In this document: positions 52,604-63,962 of the stretch, piece after piece
How the letters are laid out: each line of letters begins with the position of its first letter
Position numbering within the stretch: the first letter of the stretch is position 1
Assembly: GCA_963740315.1 (NCBI GenBank)
Contig: CAVUDP010000002.1
Span: 32,001 to 96,000 of the forward strand
DNA: 64,000 nucleotides
Source: an uncultured cyanobacterium
Lineage (GTDB): Bacteria; Cyanobacteriota; Cyanobacteriia; Cyanobacteriales; Nostocaceae
Direction: 5' to 3'
The notes under the pieces: model-generated
The model's input: only the letters and a program-made list of their open reading frames with translations
The model's database searches: none
What the model was told of the DNA's origin: nothing
Made by a program: the position numbers and the translations under genes

Positions 52604-53569
52604 ATGAATATTCAACGTTGGATTGCAAGGCGAGAATCAAACTGGCAACGCTTGGATTCTTTGTTGAGACAAATAGAAAAAAAAGGTTTAAAGTCCCTCG
52701 GAGCTAAGGAAATCCGAGAATTAGCAAGTTTATATCGTTCTGTTGCCGCAGATTTAGCCCGCGCCCGCACCCAAAATTTGGGTAATACTCTGACACAAAA
52801 TTTACAAAGTTTAACAACTCGTGCTTATACGCAAGTTTATCAAGGCTCGCGACGGCAAGAATGGTTGGGAGCAGTAAAATTTTACCGTTGGGGATTACCT
52901 GCGATAGTACGGCAGACTTCTCCCTATATCGCCTTAGCAACCGCTTTATTTCTGTTAGGGGGATTAGTGGCTTGGTGGTATGCTTGGCAAGACCCAACCT
53001 TTATGTCTTTAATAGTACCTCCAGGAATCATTTCTAAAGTTCGCGACGATGGAGAATTATGGATGGGTTCGATTGTCGGCGTTGAACCTTTAGCATCTTC
53101 AGGAATTACAATCAATAATTTGAGAGTGTCTTTTGGTGCGGTTGCAGGTGGAATTACCGCCGGAGCATTCACAGTTTACTTAATGGTATTTAATGGTTTA
53201 TTAATTGGTGCGGTTGCAACTTTAGTAGGTCAAAATAATTTAGCTTATCCTTTTTGGGCGTTTGTGCTTCCACATGGTTCCTTAGAATTACCTGCGATCT
53301 TTCTGGCTGGAGGTGCGGGATTATTAATTGGTAAAGCAATATTATTCCCCGGAAAATATCGTCGATTGGATGCAATCAAAGTTCATGGTTCTCAAGCAGT
53401 ACAGTTGGTATTTGGGATTGTACCGATGTTAATAATTGCCGGAATTATAGAAGGTTTTTTCTCTCCTAATCCCAGCATTCCAGATCCCATTAAATATTTA
53501 ACAGGGTTAGGTTTATTCGTACTTTTAATTATGTACTTCTCTCAGAAATCAATTATCAATGAACAATGA
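52604..53569 (+). CDS. Stage II sporulation protein M (DUF95) family membrane protein
   Basis: LYR..AADLARART, NNLRVSF, PHGSLELPAI, IAGIIEGFFSP. Confidence 0.88.
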   Translation: MNIQRWIARRESNWQRLDSLLRQIEKKGLKSLGAKEIRELASLYRSVAADLARARTQNLGNTLTQNLQSLTTRAYTQVYQGSRRQEWLGAVKFYRWGLPAIVRQTSPYIALATALFLLGGLVAWWYAWQDPTFMSLIVPPGIISKVRDDGELWMGSIVGVEPLASSGITINNLRVSFGAVAGGITAGAFTVYLMVFNGLLIGAVATLVGQNNLAYPFWAFVLPHGSLELPAIFLAGGAGLLIGKAILFPGKYRRLDAIKVHGSQAVQLVFGIVPMLIIAGIIEGFFSPNPSIPDPIKYLTGLGLFVLLIMYFSQKSIINEQ

Positions 53570-53793
53570 ATTTTAGATTTTAGATTTTAAGAAACATAGG
53601 GAGTGGGGAGTAGAAAGTAGGGAGTAGAGAAAATGTGTTTATTTCATTCGCTTTTAAGGAGATATAGCACTACGTTTTCGGGTTAGGACGTTTTTCCGTT
53701 CCCTGTTCCCTTGTAAGCAAAATGTGATATCTATCATGTATCCGGTAGTGCTATACAAGCTACAAAATCCAAAATCTAAAATCCAAAATTGAT

Positions 53794-54567
<774 letters not shown>

Positions 54568-54689
54568 TCAATATAATTTCATCATTTAAACCCGCTAAAT
54601 ATAATAGGCTGATTCGTACCTATGATTTACGCTAATTTTGTTGTAGGCACTACGATAAAACTGCACTCACTAAAAAACGGGCTTGTTAT

Positions 54690-55008
54690 ATGTCTACTAA
54701 AAAGGAATTCCACAGCTTTGAGGAAATGTTATCTGGTGCTGATGTACCAGTATTAGTCGATTTTTACGCAGACTGGTGCGGACCATTGCCAAATGATGGC
54801 ACCAATTTTAAATCAAGTTAATTCCCAACTCCAAGGAAAAATAAGAGTTGTAAAAATTGACACCGAAAAATATCCGGCATTGGCTTCTCAGTATGAAATT
54901 TATGCTCTACCTACGTTGGTATTGTTTAAGCAGGGTAAGCCAGTAGATAAAATTGAAGGTGTAATGCAAGCACCGCAATTGGTTCAACACTTGCAACAGT
55001 TTATGTAA
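54690..55008 (+). pseudogene. trxA: Thioredoxin (y-type-like) with a +1 frameshift inside the WCGPC motif (or sequence error)
   Basis: MSTKKEFHSFEEML...VDFYADWCGP from 54690; extra T at 54786/7; CQMMAP...ALPTLVLFK in the shifted frame. Confidence 0.85.
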
Positions 55009-55049
55009 TAACCTCCGCATAAATTGTATTTGAAGAAGGAAATTAGTAA

Positions 55050-55440
55050 ATGGAAATTACAACCAAAAAACAAGCACTGCTTAAAGCAATTCACGAGCGA
55101 CTAAAGGAATCTTATGAAGATACTTTAGAAGATGTCTTAGTTTTAGATACTCGTGCATCTGAAGACATTGAAGACATTAAAGCTATGCGAGAAAGTCGGG
55201 AAGATATAAAAAGGAATGGTGTCTCTTGGGAGCAAGTAAATAAATATCAAGTCGAATTATCTAGTAGTCCTTTTCATTAATTCCGACGGGTTGTAGAGAC
55301 GTAGCACTGCTACGTCTCCCCACATTTAGGAAAAAACAAACCCATCAAATTTAATGCAATAGACTGCTAATAGCGATCGAGTATTGTACGATATTTTTGA
55401 CGATGTTTTATTAGTCAACAAAATAGTCATTTCTAAAAGA
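55050..55440 (+). pseudogene. Decayed type II toxin-antitoxin locus (antitoxin plus RelE/ParE fragments)
   Basis: Antitoxin-like EDIEDIKA...GVSWEQV runs into KYQVELS; after a REP, RVLYDIFDDVLLV (from 55378) resembles the RelE C-terminus. Confidence 0.55.
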
Positions 55441-55672
55441 AGCGCCAATCCTGCAAATAATCTTTCTTCTCAACGAAAACGCAATCAGCCATTAGTAGTT
55501 AAATTGTATAAACTTTAGATTTTATTGGTAATTGGTAATTGGTGGTGCGTTACGGCATTATGATAATTGTTAATTTCTAAGATAGTTATTCAAGCCGTAA
55601 CACACCCTACAAAATTATTTTTGTAAATTTTATTAATTAATTAATAACTGTTCACTGCTCACTGCTAACTGC

Positions 55673-56593
55673 TCACTGTCTCCTCACATTCAAACAACAC
55701 CATTCTTTTCGCTTCCACAAAGTAGCAACCACCCAGCCATTCTTTTCTAAAACATCGGTAACGGCGTTGGATTGTTCTAATAAAATGCCGCTGAAAATAG
55801 CCCAAGTTGTGGGTTTAGCGATCGCGCTCATGCCAGGAAGTATTTCGATGATGATGTCAGCTAAAATATTGCAGACAATACCATCTACTGGTTCTGTAAC
55901 GAGTTGCTGCATTGCTTCTACACTCCCCTGGGCTACCGTCAAACGTTCGGTGGCAATCCCGTTGATGTCGCGGTTTTCTATAGTTGAACTTATTGCTAAT
56001 GGATCGGTATCTACTGCGTAGGCTTTTTTCGCTCCTAAGAGTAATGCTCCGATAGAAAGGATACCAGAACCGCAGCCAATGTCCGCAATTACCACATCAT
56101 GTTTTTTCTCTGCGGTGCCGACAAAAGACTCTGGTATGTCGCTAAAGCGCATTTCCAGCGATTCCAAACAAAGTTGAGTTGTCGCGTGAGCGCCAGTACC
56201 AAAAGCTACACCGGGGTCAAGCTTTAAAATTATCCGTTCGGTGCTTTCCGGAGCCGGTATCCAAGAAGGATTGATTAAAAAGCGATCGCCAATTTCTTGA
56301 GGTTCCCAATGTTTTTTCCAGCTACTAGACCAATCTTCTTCGTCTATAAGTTTCCACTGCAACGAAGGTAAAGAAGTTTCCAAGCAAAGAGCATCTTGAC
56401 GCAGCCATAACGATAGCGCAGCTAAATCTAGTAGATGCGCTTGTGATTGCGGTAAGTAAGCTTGTACTGAAATCACGTTACCTTTTTTTTGACTGGCGGT
56501 TCCCCGACAGCCAAATTCTCCAAGTCGCCAAAAGACCGAATCTTCGATCTCTGGAGAGCATAAAATTTGTAGTTCCCACCAAGTTTTTGTCAT
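55673..56593 (-). CDS. prmA: 50S ribosomal protein L11 methyltransferase
   Basis: [40 protein letters not shown]. Confidence 0.95.
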   Translation of the reverse strand: MTKTWWELQILCSPEIEDSVFWRLGEFGCRGTASQKKGNVISVQAYLPQSQAHLLDLAALSLWLRQDALCLETSLPSLQWKLIDEEDWSSSWKKHWEPQEIGDRFLINPSWIPAPESTERIILKLDPGVAFGTGAHATTQLCLESLEMRFSDIPESFVGTAEKKHDVVIADIGCGSGILSIGALLLGAKKAYAVDTDPLAISSTIENRDINGIATERLTVAQGSVEAMQQLVTEPVDGIVCNILADIIIEILPGMSAIAKPTTWAIFSGILLEQSNAVTDVLEKNGWVVATLWKRKEWCCLNVRRQ

Positions 56594-56595
56594 CG

Positions 56596-56672
56596 GATTT
56601 TAGATTTTAGATTTTAGATTTTAGATTCCAGGAACAATAATCCAAAATCCAAAATCCAAAATTCAAAATTGA
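56596..56672. repeat. Inverted pair of STRR arrays (GATTTTA)n / (AAAATCC)n
   Basis: Complementary 7-mer tracts able to form a hairpin between serA and prmA. Confidence 0.8.
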
Positions 56673-58253
56673 TTAAAGGGTTACTGTATATGCATCTCGA
56701 ATGCCTGAGACTTTGGTAATCTCTTTCAAGATTCCGTCTGGTAATGGATCGTCGATACTTATAACCATTACTGCATCACCGCGAACGATTTTACGTCCTA
56801 CTTGCATACTGGCAATATTAACGTTAAAGCTGCCGAGTAAGGAACCAATTTTACCGATAATTCCGGGCATATCGCGGTGTACGGTAAATAGCATATAACG
56901 ATTTGGTGGTACGTTGATGGGAAAACTATCAAGACTAGTAATCCGAATTTCTCCACCACCTAACAAAGCACCCGTTACCGAATGAGTTCCTAAGTTACCA
57001 GTTGCTTCTAAATGCAAAGATCCGGCGTAATCTTTAACCGAATCATCCCGCGTTTCGATGACGCGAATTCCTCTTTCTTTTGCTTCAATATTGGCGTTTA
57101 CATAATTCACCCGTTCGCGCAAAGCTTGGTAAAGCAATCCTTTGAGGGAAGCGATCACTAAAGGTTGACTCTTGTTTGTTGCGAGTTCTCCTTGCAGGCT
57201 GACGTTAAGTGTTTCTACTCTACCACCGGCAAGCTGTCCTACCAAGTTACCCAGTGTTTCTGCTAGCTCCATATAAGGTTTGAGTTCTTCCAAGACATTA
57301 GGATTAAGTCCGGGAATGTTTACCGCAGAGCGTGCTGGCAATCCTAATAATACATCGCGAATTTGTTCGGCTACGTCAATGGCAACGTTTACCTGTGCTT
57401 CGGCGGTGGATGCTCCTAAATGCGGTGTAAGCACAACTTCTTTGCCTAAAGCTTTTAAGGGAGACTCACCCAAAGGTTCTGATTCGTAAACATCCAACGC
57501 CGCGCCCTTGATTTTACCTTCTTTAAGGGCTGCTGCTAAAGCGTCCTCATCAATGATTCCACCGCGAGCGCAGTTGATAATCCGAGCGTTGGGTTTCATC
57601 TTCGCCAACATTTCGGTGTTAATTAAATGAGTGGTTTCTGGAGTTTTGGGAATATGCAGCGTAATGTAATCGGCTTGCCTTACTAGTAAATCCATATCTA
57701 CCAACTGAACGCCCATTTGTTCCGCTCTTTCGTTGGAAATAAAAGGATCGAAAGCCAGTAATTTCATTCCCATTGCTTTGGCAACGTTAGCAACGTGAGA
57801 ACCGATTTTACCTAAACCGACAATCCCCAAAGTTTTTTTGTAAACTTCAGTGCCGACAAAACTTTTGCGGTTCCATTCGCCGGATTTCACCGAAGCATTG
57901 GCATCGGCGATATTGCGAGACATAGCCATCATCATCGCTAAAGCGTGTTCGGCGGCGGCAATGGTATTACCTTCTGGGGAATTTACTACTACAATTCCTC
58001 GGCGAGTGGCTGCGGGTACATCTACATTATCAACACCCACACCCGCACGACCGATAATTTTCAGATTTGTGGCTGCCTCAATTACGGATTGAGTAACGCG
58101 AGTACCCGAACGAATCATCAGCGCATCATATTCACCAATGACTTGCACTAATTCTTCCGGCTTTAAATTTAATTTGACATCAACGCTAGCAACTTGGGAA
58201 AGGATATCAATCCCTGCCTGGTCAATTGAATCGGAAACTAGAACCTTAGACAT
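56673..58253 (-). CDS. serA: D-3-phosphoglycerate dehydrogenase
   Basis: GRAGVGVDN, GLGKIG, NCARGG, TPHLGAST; C-terminal ACT domain (DMPGIIG). Confidence 0.97.
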   Translation of the reverse strand: MSKVLVSDSIDQAGIDILSQVASVDVKLNLKPEELVQVIGEYDALMIRSGTRVTQSVIEAATNLKIIGRAGVGVDNVDVPAATRRGIVVVNSPEGNTIAAAEHALAMMMAMSRNIADANASVKSGEWNRKSFVGTEVYKKTLGIVGLGKIGSHVANVAKAMGMKLLAFDPFISNERAEQMGVQLVDMDLLVRQADYITLHIPKTPETTHLINTEMLAKMKPNARIINCARGGIIDEDALAAALKEGKIKGAALDVYESEPLGESPLKALGKEVVLTPHLGASTAEAQVNVAIDVAEQIRDVLLGLPARSAVNIPGLNPNVLEELKPYMELAETLGNLVGQLAGGRVETLNVSLQGELATNKSQPLVIASLKGLLYQALRERVNYVNANIEAKERGIRVIETRDDSVKDYAGSLHLEATGNLGTHSVTGALLGGGEIRITSLDSFPINVPPNRYMLFTVHRDMPGIIGKIGSLLGSFNVNIASMQVGRKIVRGDAVMVISIDDPLPDGILKEITKVSGIRDAYTVTL

Positions 58254-58792
58254 AACAGAAATATTTTAAAGCTAATAAGTGTTTATAGAGGAAACTGCAT
58301 TGTCTTAAACTCAAACGAACGGCGATTCATATATAAATTACTATTTTCAATATCCCATGATAATGACACGCAGACCTATAGTTTGACGCAAAGAAAAATT
58401 TCCACTGGCGCTATGTGGCGTTTTCCTCATACGTTAACTATGCCGTCCGAAAGGGGTAGATATAATCCACCAATAACACGAATAGCGTTTACAATTCATC
58501 TATTTATTAAAAATTCAGAAAGTCCAAAATATTGTTCAAAATGTTTTATGTAAAAGAGTTTACTGTCTGGAATTAAGTTACTGTACTGCATTTTAATAAA
58601 AATAACGAGCGATCGTATAATTTCAAACTTAGATGTAAATGTAAATTAATTGTAAAAAAAGCAAATTACGATTATACAAGTCCGGTATATGGAAGATACT
58701 ATTGTACTTTCTATAAAATATGTCAATATTATTACTAAATAAAATCAGAAAGTTGTTTTAATATTTTTACTTTGAATTATCTGCTCCCTATT

Positions 58793-58980
58793 AGCGAGCT
58801 TTTCGGCTACCTACCAGCGAGCTTTTTGGCTACCTACCAGCGAGCAAGATGCTCGCACTACTTGTAGCGTCACGCACCAACAATCTGTGACAATATCGGA
58901 AGTCCTATTTTTAATAATTCTAATGGGAGCAACAGGACTTAGGATTGCTAACTACCAGCGAGCAAGATGCGAACACTACT
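58793..58980. repeat. REP family D (GCGAGCAAGATGCTCGCACTAC) with a 23-bp tandem
   Basis: Copies at ~58840 and ~58957; relatives at 44269 and 20127. Confidence 0.7.
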
Positions 58981-59073
58981 GTTTTATTTTTTAAAAAGTC
59001 TAATTTTTTTCAAATAACTTAGGATTGCTATATTCTCAACTCCTAATTCCTAACTCCTAACTCCCAACTTTTT

Positions 59074-59841
59074 TCAAAACTTCCCTTCTCGAACTTCTTT
59101 ACTAAACTCATCTACAGCTTGAGTAATTGTCTCGCGTAAATTTGTATAAATGCGGGCAAATGGAGGTTGTTTTTCAGAAAGTCCGAGTAAATCGGAAGTC
59201 ACCAAAACCTGTCCGTCGCACTGAGAACCCGCGCCAATACCAATAGTAGGAATGCTAATTTTTTGAGTAATTTCTAATGCTAAATCTGCGGGAATATGCT
59301 CTAAAACTATCGAAAAAACACCCGCTTGTTCCAAGGCGATCGCCTCTTGCAAAATCTTGTTGCGTGACTCTTCTGTCTTACCTTGTTGCCGCAAACCGAT
59401 TTGATTTACTGACTGTGGAGTTAAACCAACGTGCCCCATTACCGGAATTCCCGCACGTACCAAACGAGAAATAGTATCTATCATTTCCGGATATGCGCCT
59501 TCTAACTTTACAGCCGTAGCTCCTGTTTCTTTTAATACCCTACCCGCCGAATGCATCGCTTGTGTAACGCTTTCTTGATAAGTCATGAATGGTAAATCGA
59601 CTACCATCAAAGCTTGCTTCACCCCGCGTCTGACAGCTTTAGCGTGGTATAGCATTTCTTCAAGGGAAATCGGCAGCGTATTTTGATAACCCAAAACCCC
59701 AGCCATCGAGTCACCAACCAAAATTAAATCGACTCCACTATCATCCAATAACTGAGCAATCAGATAATCCCAAGCAGTCAACACCACAATAGGGCGCTGC
59801 TGCTGTTTGTATTGAATTAACTTTTGGATAGTAATAGGCAT
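59074..59841 (-). CDS. panB: 3-methyl-2-oxobutanoate hydroxymethyltransferase
   Basis: [37 protein letters not shown]. Confidence 0.97.
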   Translation of the reverse strand: MPITIQKLIQYKQQQRPIVVLTAWDYLIAQLLDDSGVDLILVGDSMAGVLGYQNTLPISLEEMLYHAKAVRRGVKQALMVVDLPFMTYQESVTQAMHSAGRVLKETGATAVKLEGAYPEMIDTISRLVRAGIPVMGHVGLTPQSVNQIGLRQQGKTEESRNKILQEAIALEQAGVFSIVLEHIPADLALEITQKISIPTIGIGAGSQCDGQVLVTSDLLGLSEKQPPFARIYTNLRETITQAVDEFSKEVREGKF

Positions 59842-59844
59842 TTC

Positions 59845-60017
59845 AATTTTGGATTTTGGATTTTGGATTTTGGATTAGGTATGGGGCATGGGGCATGGGG
59901 CATTGGAAGTTAAGAGTGAGGAGTTAGGAGTTAGGAGTTAATAATTATCTTTCCCCATCTCCCCATCCCCCCATCCCCCCATCCCCCCATCCCCCCATCT
60001 CCCCCTCTCCCCATCTC
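59845..60017. repeat. STRR arrays (TTTTGGA, GGGGCAT, AGGAGTT, CCCCCAT)
   Basis: Seen directly. Confidence 0.85.
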
Positions 60018-61115
60018 CTACTGCACTGCGCGAGTAAATGCCAGATGCGCTTTTGCTCTTTCCATTTTGGGCATTAGCCAAGCTAAACCTTCACTGGTAC
60101 CAATCCATAGTTTATTGCCAACGTCGGGAGCAATAGAAATAATTCTACTCGAAGGAAGTCCGGCAACTTCATCTAATACCGCTCCCGTATATGGATTTAA
60201 TCGTAACAAACCGTTATCGGTACCAACCCAAACGCTCTTATCATTAGCAAAACTTATAGATGTCACATTGCGTCCGCGCAAACGAGTTACAGAACGTAAT
60301 ATTGCACCAGTTTTCGGGTTGATAACTAGTAGGTTATTTGGTGTTCCCGCCCAAATTAATCCTAAAGAGTCAATGGCTAATGTTTGTACGGTGGTACCCG
60401 GCAACTCTTTAATATGCTGCATTACAACAGAAGAAGCGGTGTTAACTCGCACTAAACCATCCAAAGTTCCCACCCAAAGATGCCCGCTCGCGTCCATTGT
60501 CATAGCGTTTGCACTGACACCGGGAAGTTTTTTTAAGGTGGTCATAATTAATCCTTCATCGGGACTAATCAAAGCCAAACCGTTATCAGTACCCGCCCAA
60601 ACATAACCGCGTTTATCAACTTGTAAAGATAATACTCTTTTGGAAGGTAAAAATAAATTCTGGGCTGTAATTTCATTACTGCGGGGATCTACTCGCTTCA
60701 ATCCTTCATAACTTCCCACCCATAAGCGTCCAACTTTATCTTGCACCATTGCCCCAATAGCGCGACTTGGCAAACTAACGCGAGCTAAAATTTCACCCGT
60801 GTGGGGATTAATTCGCGTTAAACCTCGTCCGTAACCTACCCAAAGATTCCCCGTGTAGTCTGGCTGCAAAGCTTTGACACGAAAATCGGTTTCTTGGCTA
60901 TTTTCTATCCGTCGTCTTTGCTCTGGTAAAGGCTGTCTGCGCGGTGGTGGTGGTACAGCAGGATAAGCCGGGGTTACTTCCGATGGCTTGACGCGAAGAA
61001 GTTTCTGCGCCCAAACGCGATCGCTAAAACCCGAAAATGCTACTAAACCGAGTATTGAAGAACAAACTATTAAACTAGTACGCTGACTAAAAAACACCAC
61101 GATGATAATTTTCAC
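60018..61115 (-). CDS. Secreted beta-propeller protein (two-component-regulator propeller repeats)
   Basis: About 7 repeats of D..G.LWVGT..GL; signal-like N-terminus and Pro-rich linker. Confidence 0.82.
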   Translation of the reverse strand: MKIIIVVFFSQRTSLIVCSSILGLVAFSGFSDRVWAQKLLRVKPSEVTPAYPAVPPPPRRQPLPEQRRRIENSQETDFRVKALQPDYTGNLWVGYGRGLTRINPHTGEILARVSLPSRAIGAMVQDKVGRLWVGSYEGLKRVDPRSNEITAQNLFLPSKRVLSLQVDKRGYVWAGTDNGLALISPDEGLIMTTLKKLPGVSANAMTMDASGHLWVGTLDGLVRVNTASSVVMQHIKELPGTTVQTLAIDSLGLIWAGTPNNLLVINPKTGAILRSVTRLRGRNVTSISFANDKSVWVGTDNGLLRLNPYTGAVLDEVAGLPSSRIISIAPDVGNKLWIGTSEGLAWLMPKMERAKAHLAFTRAVQ

Positions 61116-61144
61116 GAAAACAACTAATTACAGTGTTCCCCTTT

Positions 61145-61420
61145 AGCAGTTAACAGTTAACAGTGAGCAGTAATCAGTAATCAGTTACCAGTTACCAGTT
61201 ACCAGTTACCAGTCAGGAGTTATAAATTCTACCCCCTCTACCCCCTCTACCCCCTCTCCCCCCTCTCCCCCATCTCCCCATCTCCCCAAAGGTTACTGAG
61301 CTTGTCGAAGTACTCCCCATCTCCCCAAAGGTTACTGAGCAGTTCGACGTAGCTCACTGTAAGACTTGTCGAAGTACTCCCCATCTCCCCATTTCCCCAT
61401 CTCCCCCCTCTCCCCTCTCC
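61145..61420. repeat. STRR arrays with short and long forms of the ACTGAGC..GTCGAAGT element
   Basis: Seen directly. Confidence 0.85.
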
Positions 61421-61553
61421 ATGCAAAAAAAAAATCAATATTATAACGACACTTCTGTAAAGTCTTCTTAATAAAAAGTTAAAATATATGTGATATAAGA
61501 AATTCAAATATAAAAGTTAAAAAGAATCAAATAATAACCAGTCGAATTCTTGA

Positions 61554-61574
61554 TATATTGTGAGACAGGCTACA
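61554..61574 (+). promoter_or_regulatory. Putative rbcL promoter: -10 TATATT overlapped by an NtcA-type site (GTG-N8-TAC)
   Basis: TATATT at 61554-61559, then GTGAGACAGGCTAC at 61560-61573; resembles the NtcA repression site recalled for the Anabaena rbcL promoter. Confidence 0.55.
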
Positions 61575-61895
61575 GATTGCTTAGTACAGAGTTTTAGCTT
61601 TCGCTCTTATCGTTAAGTGGTAAGCGGGAGAAAGTTTAAAGGAGTAGGAAGAACAGATAAAGAAAGTTTTTTTGATTGGCTTGGAGTTTGAAAGGGGACA
61701 AAGAATTAAGGGAAACTCGAATCGTGTTTCTACAAGTTTTTCTTTGTTTTGGTAGACAAAAATCCCTTGGATTATACGCAAGCTCTAGCAAAAGTTGTTC
61801 GTCTTTCCTGTAAAAAGGAAGGCATTTCTGTGATTTAAATTTCTGCTGTCGTGCAATTTGTAAGCAAAAAGATTGACTTTTAGGATTGGATAAAT

Positions 61896-63326
61896 ATGTC
61901 TTACTCTCAAACGAGAACTCAGTCTAAATCAGGGTATGAAGCTGGGGTAAAAGATTATAGATTAACTTATTACACCCCAGACTACACTCCAAAAGATACA
62001 GACCTTTTGGCAGCTTTCCGGATGACTCCTCAACCCGGAGTACCTCCAGAAGAAGCTGGTGCTGCTGTAGCTGCTGAATCTTCTACAGGTACCTGGACAA
62101 CTGTATGGACTGACTTGCTTACCGACCTAGATCGCTACAAAGGTCGTTGTTATGATATCGAGCCAGTTCGCGGTGAAGATAATCAGTACATCTGTTATGT
62201 AGCTTATCCTCTGGATTTGTTTGAAGAAGGTTCTGTTACCAACGTTTTGACCTCGATTGTAGGTAACGTATTTGGTTTCAAAGCTTTAAGAGCGCTACGT
62301 TTGGAAGATTTACGCATACCTGTTGCTTATCTAAAGACTTTCCAAGGACCTCCTCACGGTATCCAGGTAGAGCGCGATAAGTTGAACAAGTATGGTCGTC
62401 CTTTGTTGGGTTGTACCATTAAGCCTAAATTAGGTTTATCCGCTAAGAACTACGGACGCGCTGTATACGAGTGTTTGCGCGGTGGTTTGGACTTCACCAA
62501 AGATGACGAAAACATCAACTCGGCACCTTTCCAAAGATGGCGCGATCGCTTTACTTTCGTTGCGGATGCTATCTATAAAGCACAAGCAGAAACCGGCGAA
62601 ATCAAAGGTCATTACCTCAACGTAACTGCACCTACTTGCGAGCAAATGCTCCAACGGGCTGAGTATGCGAAAGAACTCAAGATGCCCATCATCATGCATG
62701 ACTACCTGACAGCAGGTTTCACTGCAAACACAACCTTGGCTCACTGGTGTCGCGCTAACGGTGTATTGCTGCACATCCACAGAGCTATGCACGCAGTAAT
62801 TGACCGTCAAAAGAATCACGGTATTCACTTCCGCGTATTAGCTAAAGCATTACGTATGTCTGGTGGCGACCACATCCACACAGGTACTGTGGTTGGTAAA
62901 CTTGAAGGCGAACGCGGTATTACAATGGGTTTTGTTGACCTATTGCGTGAAAACTACGTTGAGCAAGACAAGTCTCGCGGTATTTACTTTACTCAAGATT
63001 GGGCTTCCATGCCCGGTGTAATGGCAGTTGCTTCTGGTGGTATCCACGTATGGCATATGCCCGCACTATTAGAAATCTTTGGCGATGACTCCGTACTACA
63101 GTTTGGTGGTGGTACTTTGGGACACCCTTGGGGTAACGCTCCTGGTGCAACTGCAAACCGCGTAGCGTTAGAAGCTTGCGTTCAAGCACGTAACGAAGGA
63201 CGCAGCTTGGCTCGCGAAGGTAACGACATTATCCGCGAAGCTTGTAAATGGTCCCCCGAACTAGCAGCAGCTTGCGAACTTTGGAAAGAAATCAAGTTCG
63301 AGTTCGAGGCAATGGATACCGTCTAA
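61896..63326 (+). CDS. rbcL: RuBisCO large subunit (form IB)
   Basis: [33 protein letters not shown]. Confidence 0.99.
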   Translation: MSYSQTRTQSKSGYEAGVKDYRLTYYTPDYTPKDTDLLAAFRMTPQPGVPPEEAGAAVAAESSTGTWTTVWTDLLTDLDRYKGRCYDIEPVRGEDNQYICYVAYPLDLFEEGSVTNVLTSIVGNVFGFKALRALRLEDLRIPVAYLKTFQGPPHGIQVERDKLNKYGRPLLGCTIKPKLGLSAKNYGRAVYECLRGGLDFTKDDENINSAPFQRWRDRFTFVADAIYKAQAETGEIKGHYLNVTAPTCEQMLQRAEYAKELKMPIIMHDYLTAGFTANTTLAHWCRANGVLLHIHRAMHAVIDRQKNHGIHFRVLAKALRMSGGDHIHTGTVVGKLEGERGITMGFVDLLRENYVEQDKSRGIYFTQDWASMPGVMAVASGGIHVWHMPALLEIFGDDSVLQFGGGTLGHPWGNAPGATANRVALEACVQARNEGRSLAREGNDIIREACKWSPELAAACELWKEIKFEFEAMDTV

Positions 63327-63430
63327 ATGTATTAGTTGTGAGTGTTTTGTTTTGAGTTTTGAGTTTAAAATCTACTTTAATTTAAAACTCAAAACTTATA
63401 ACTCATAATTATTATGGGCTGGGGTCAAGT

Positions 63431-63844
63431 ATGGATATAAAACAAATTGCCAAAGACACAGCCAAGATGCTGCAAAGCTACTTGACATATCAGGCAGTTA
63501 GAACGGTATCGGCTCAAATTAATGAAACTAATCCTTATGTTGCGGCTTGGCTGCATCGCTTTTCCACTAAGGAAAGAATCCAAAATGGGGAAGCGTACAT
63601 TGAGCAATTATTCTTAGAAAAGCCGGAATTGGCTTTAAGGATAATGACAGTCAGGCAGCACTTAGCGGAAGAAATGACTGAATTTTTGCCGGAAATGGTT
63701 AGCACTGGGATTACGCAAGCCAATATGAAACATCGTCGTCAGCATCTTGAGCGGATTACGCAATTAGATTTATCTAACCCCAGTACTCTAGAAGAACAGC
63801 CAACACCAGATAGTAGCTCGGACGATTCGAGCGAAAGCACTTAG
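63431..63844 (+). CDS. rbcX: RuBisCO assembly chaperone RbcX
   Basis: IAKDTAKMLQSYLTYQAV, LALRIMTVR; located between rbcL and rbcS. Confidence 0.97.
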   Translation: MDIKQIAKDTAKMLQSYLTYQAVRTVSAQINETNPYVAAWLHRFSTKERIQNGEAYIEQLFLEKPELALRIMTVRQHLAEEMTEFLPEMVSTGITQANMKHRRQHLERITQLDLSNPSTLEEQPTPDSSSDDSSEST

Positions 63845-63962
63845 GAGTTACTAGTGTAGAGACGTAGCACTGCTACGTCTGTTAGGAGTTTTAATTAACA
63901 ACTAACAACTAACCACTATCAACTAACAACTATCAACTAACCACTAACAACTAATCAAAAAT

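Noticed and set aside
60067..63723. Antisense ORFs within real genes (60067..60606, 62436..62828 and many others across the window)
   Set aside because: They are shadow frames of well-supported CDSs
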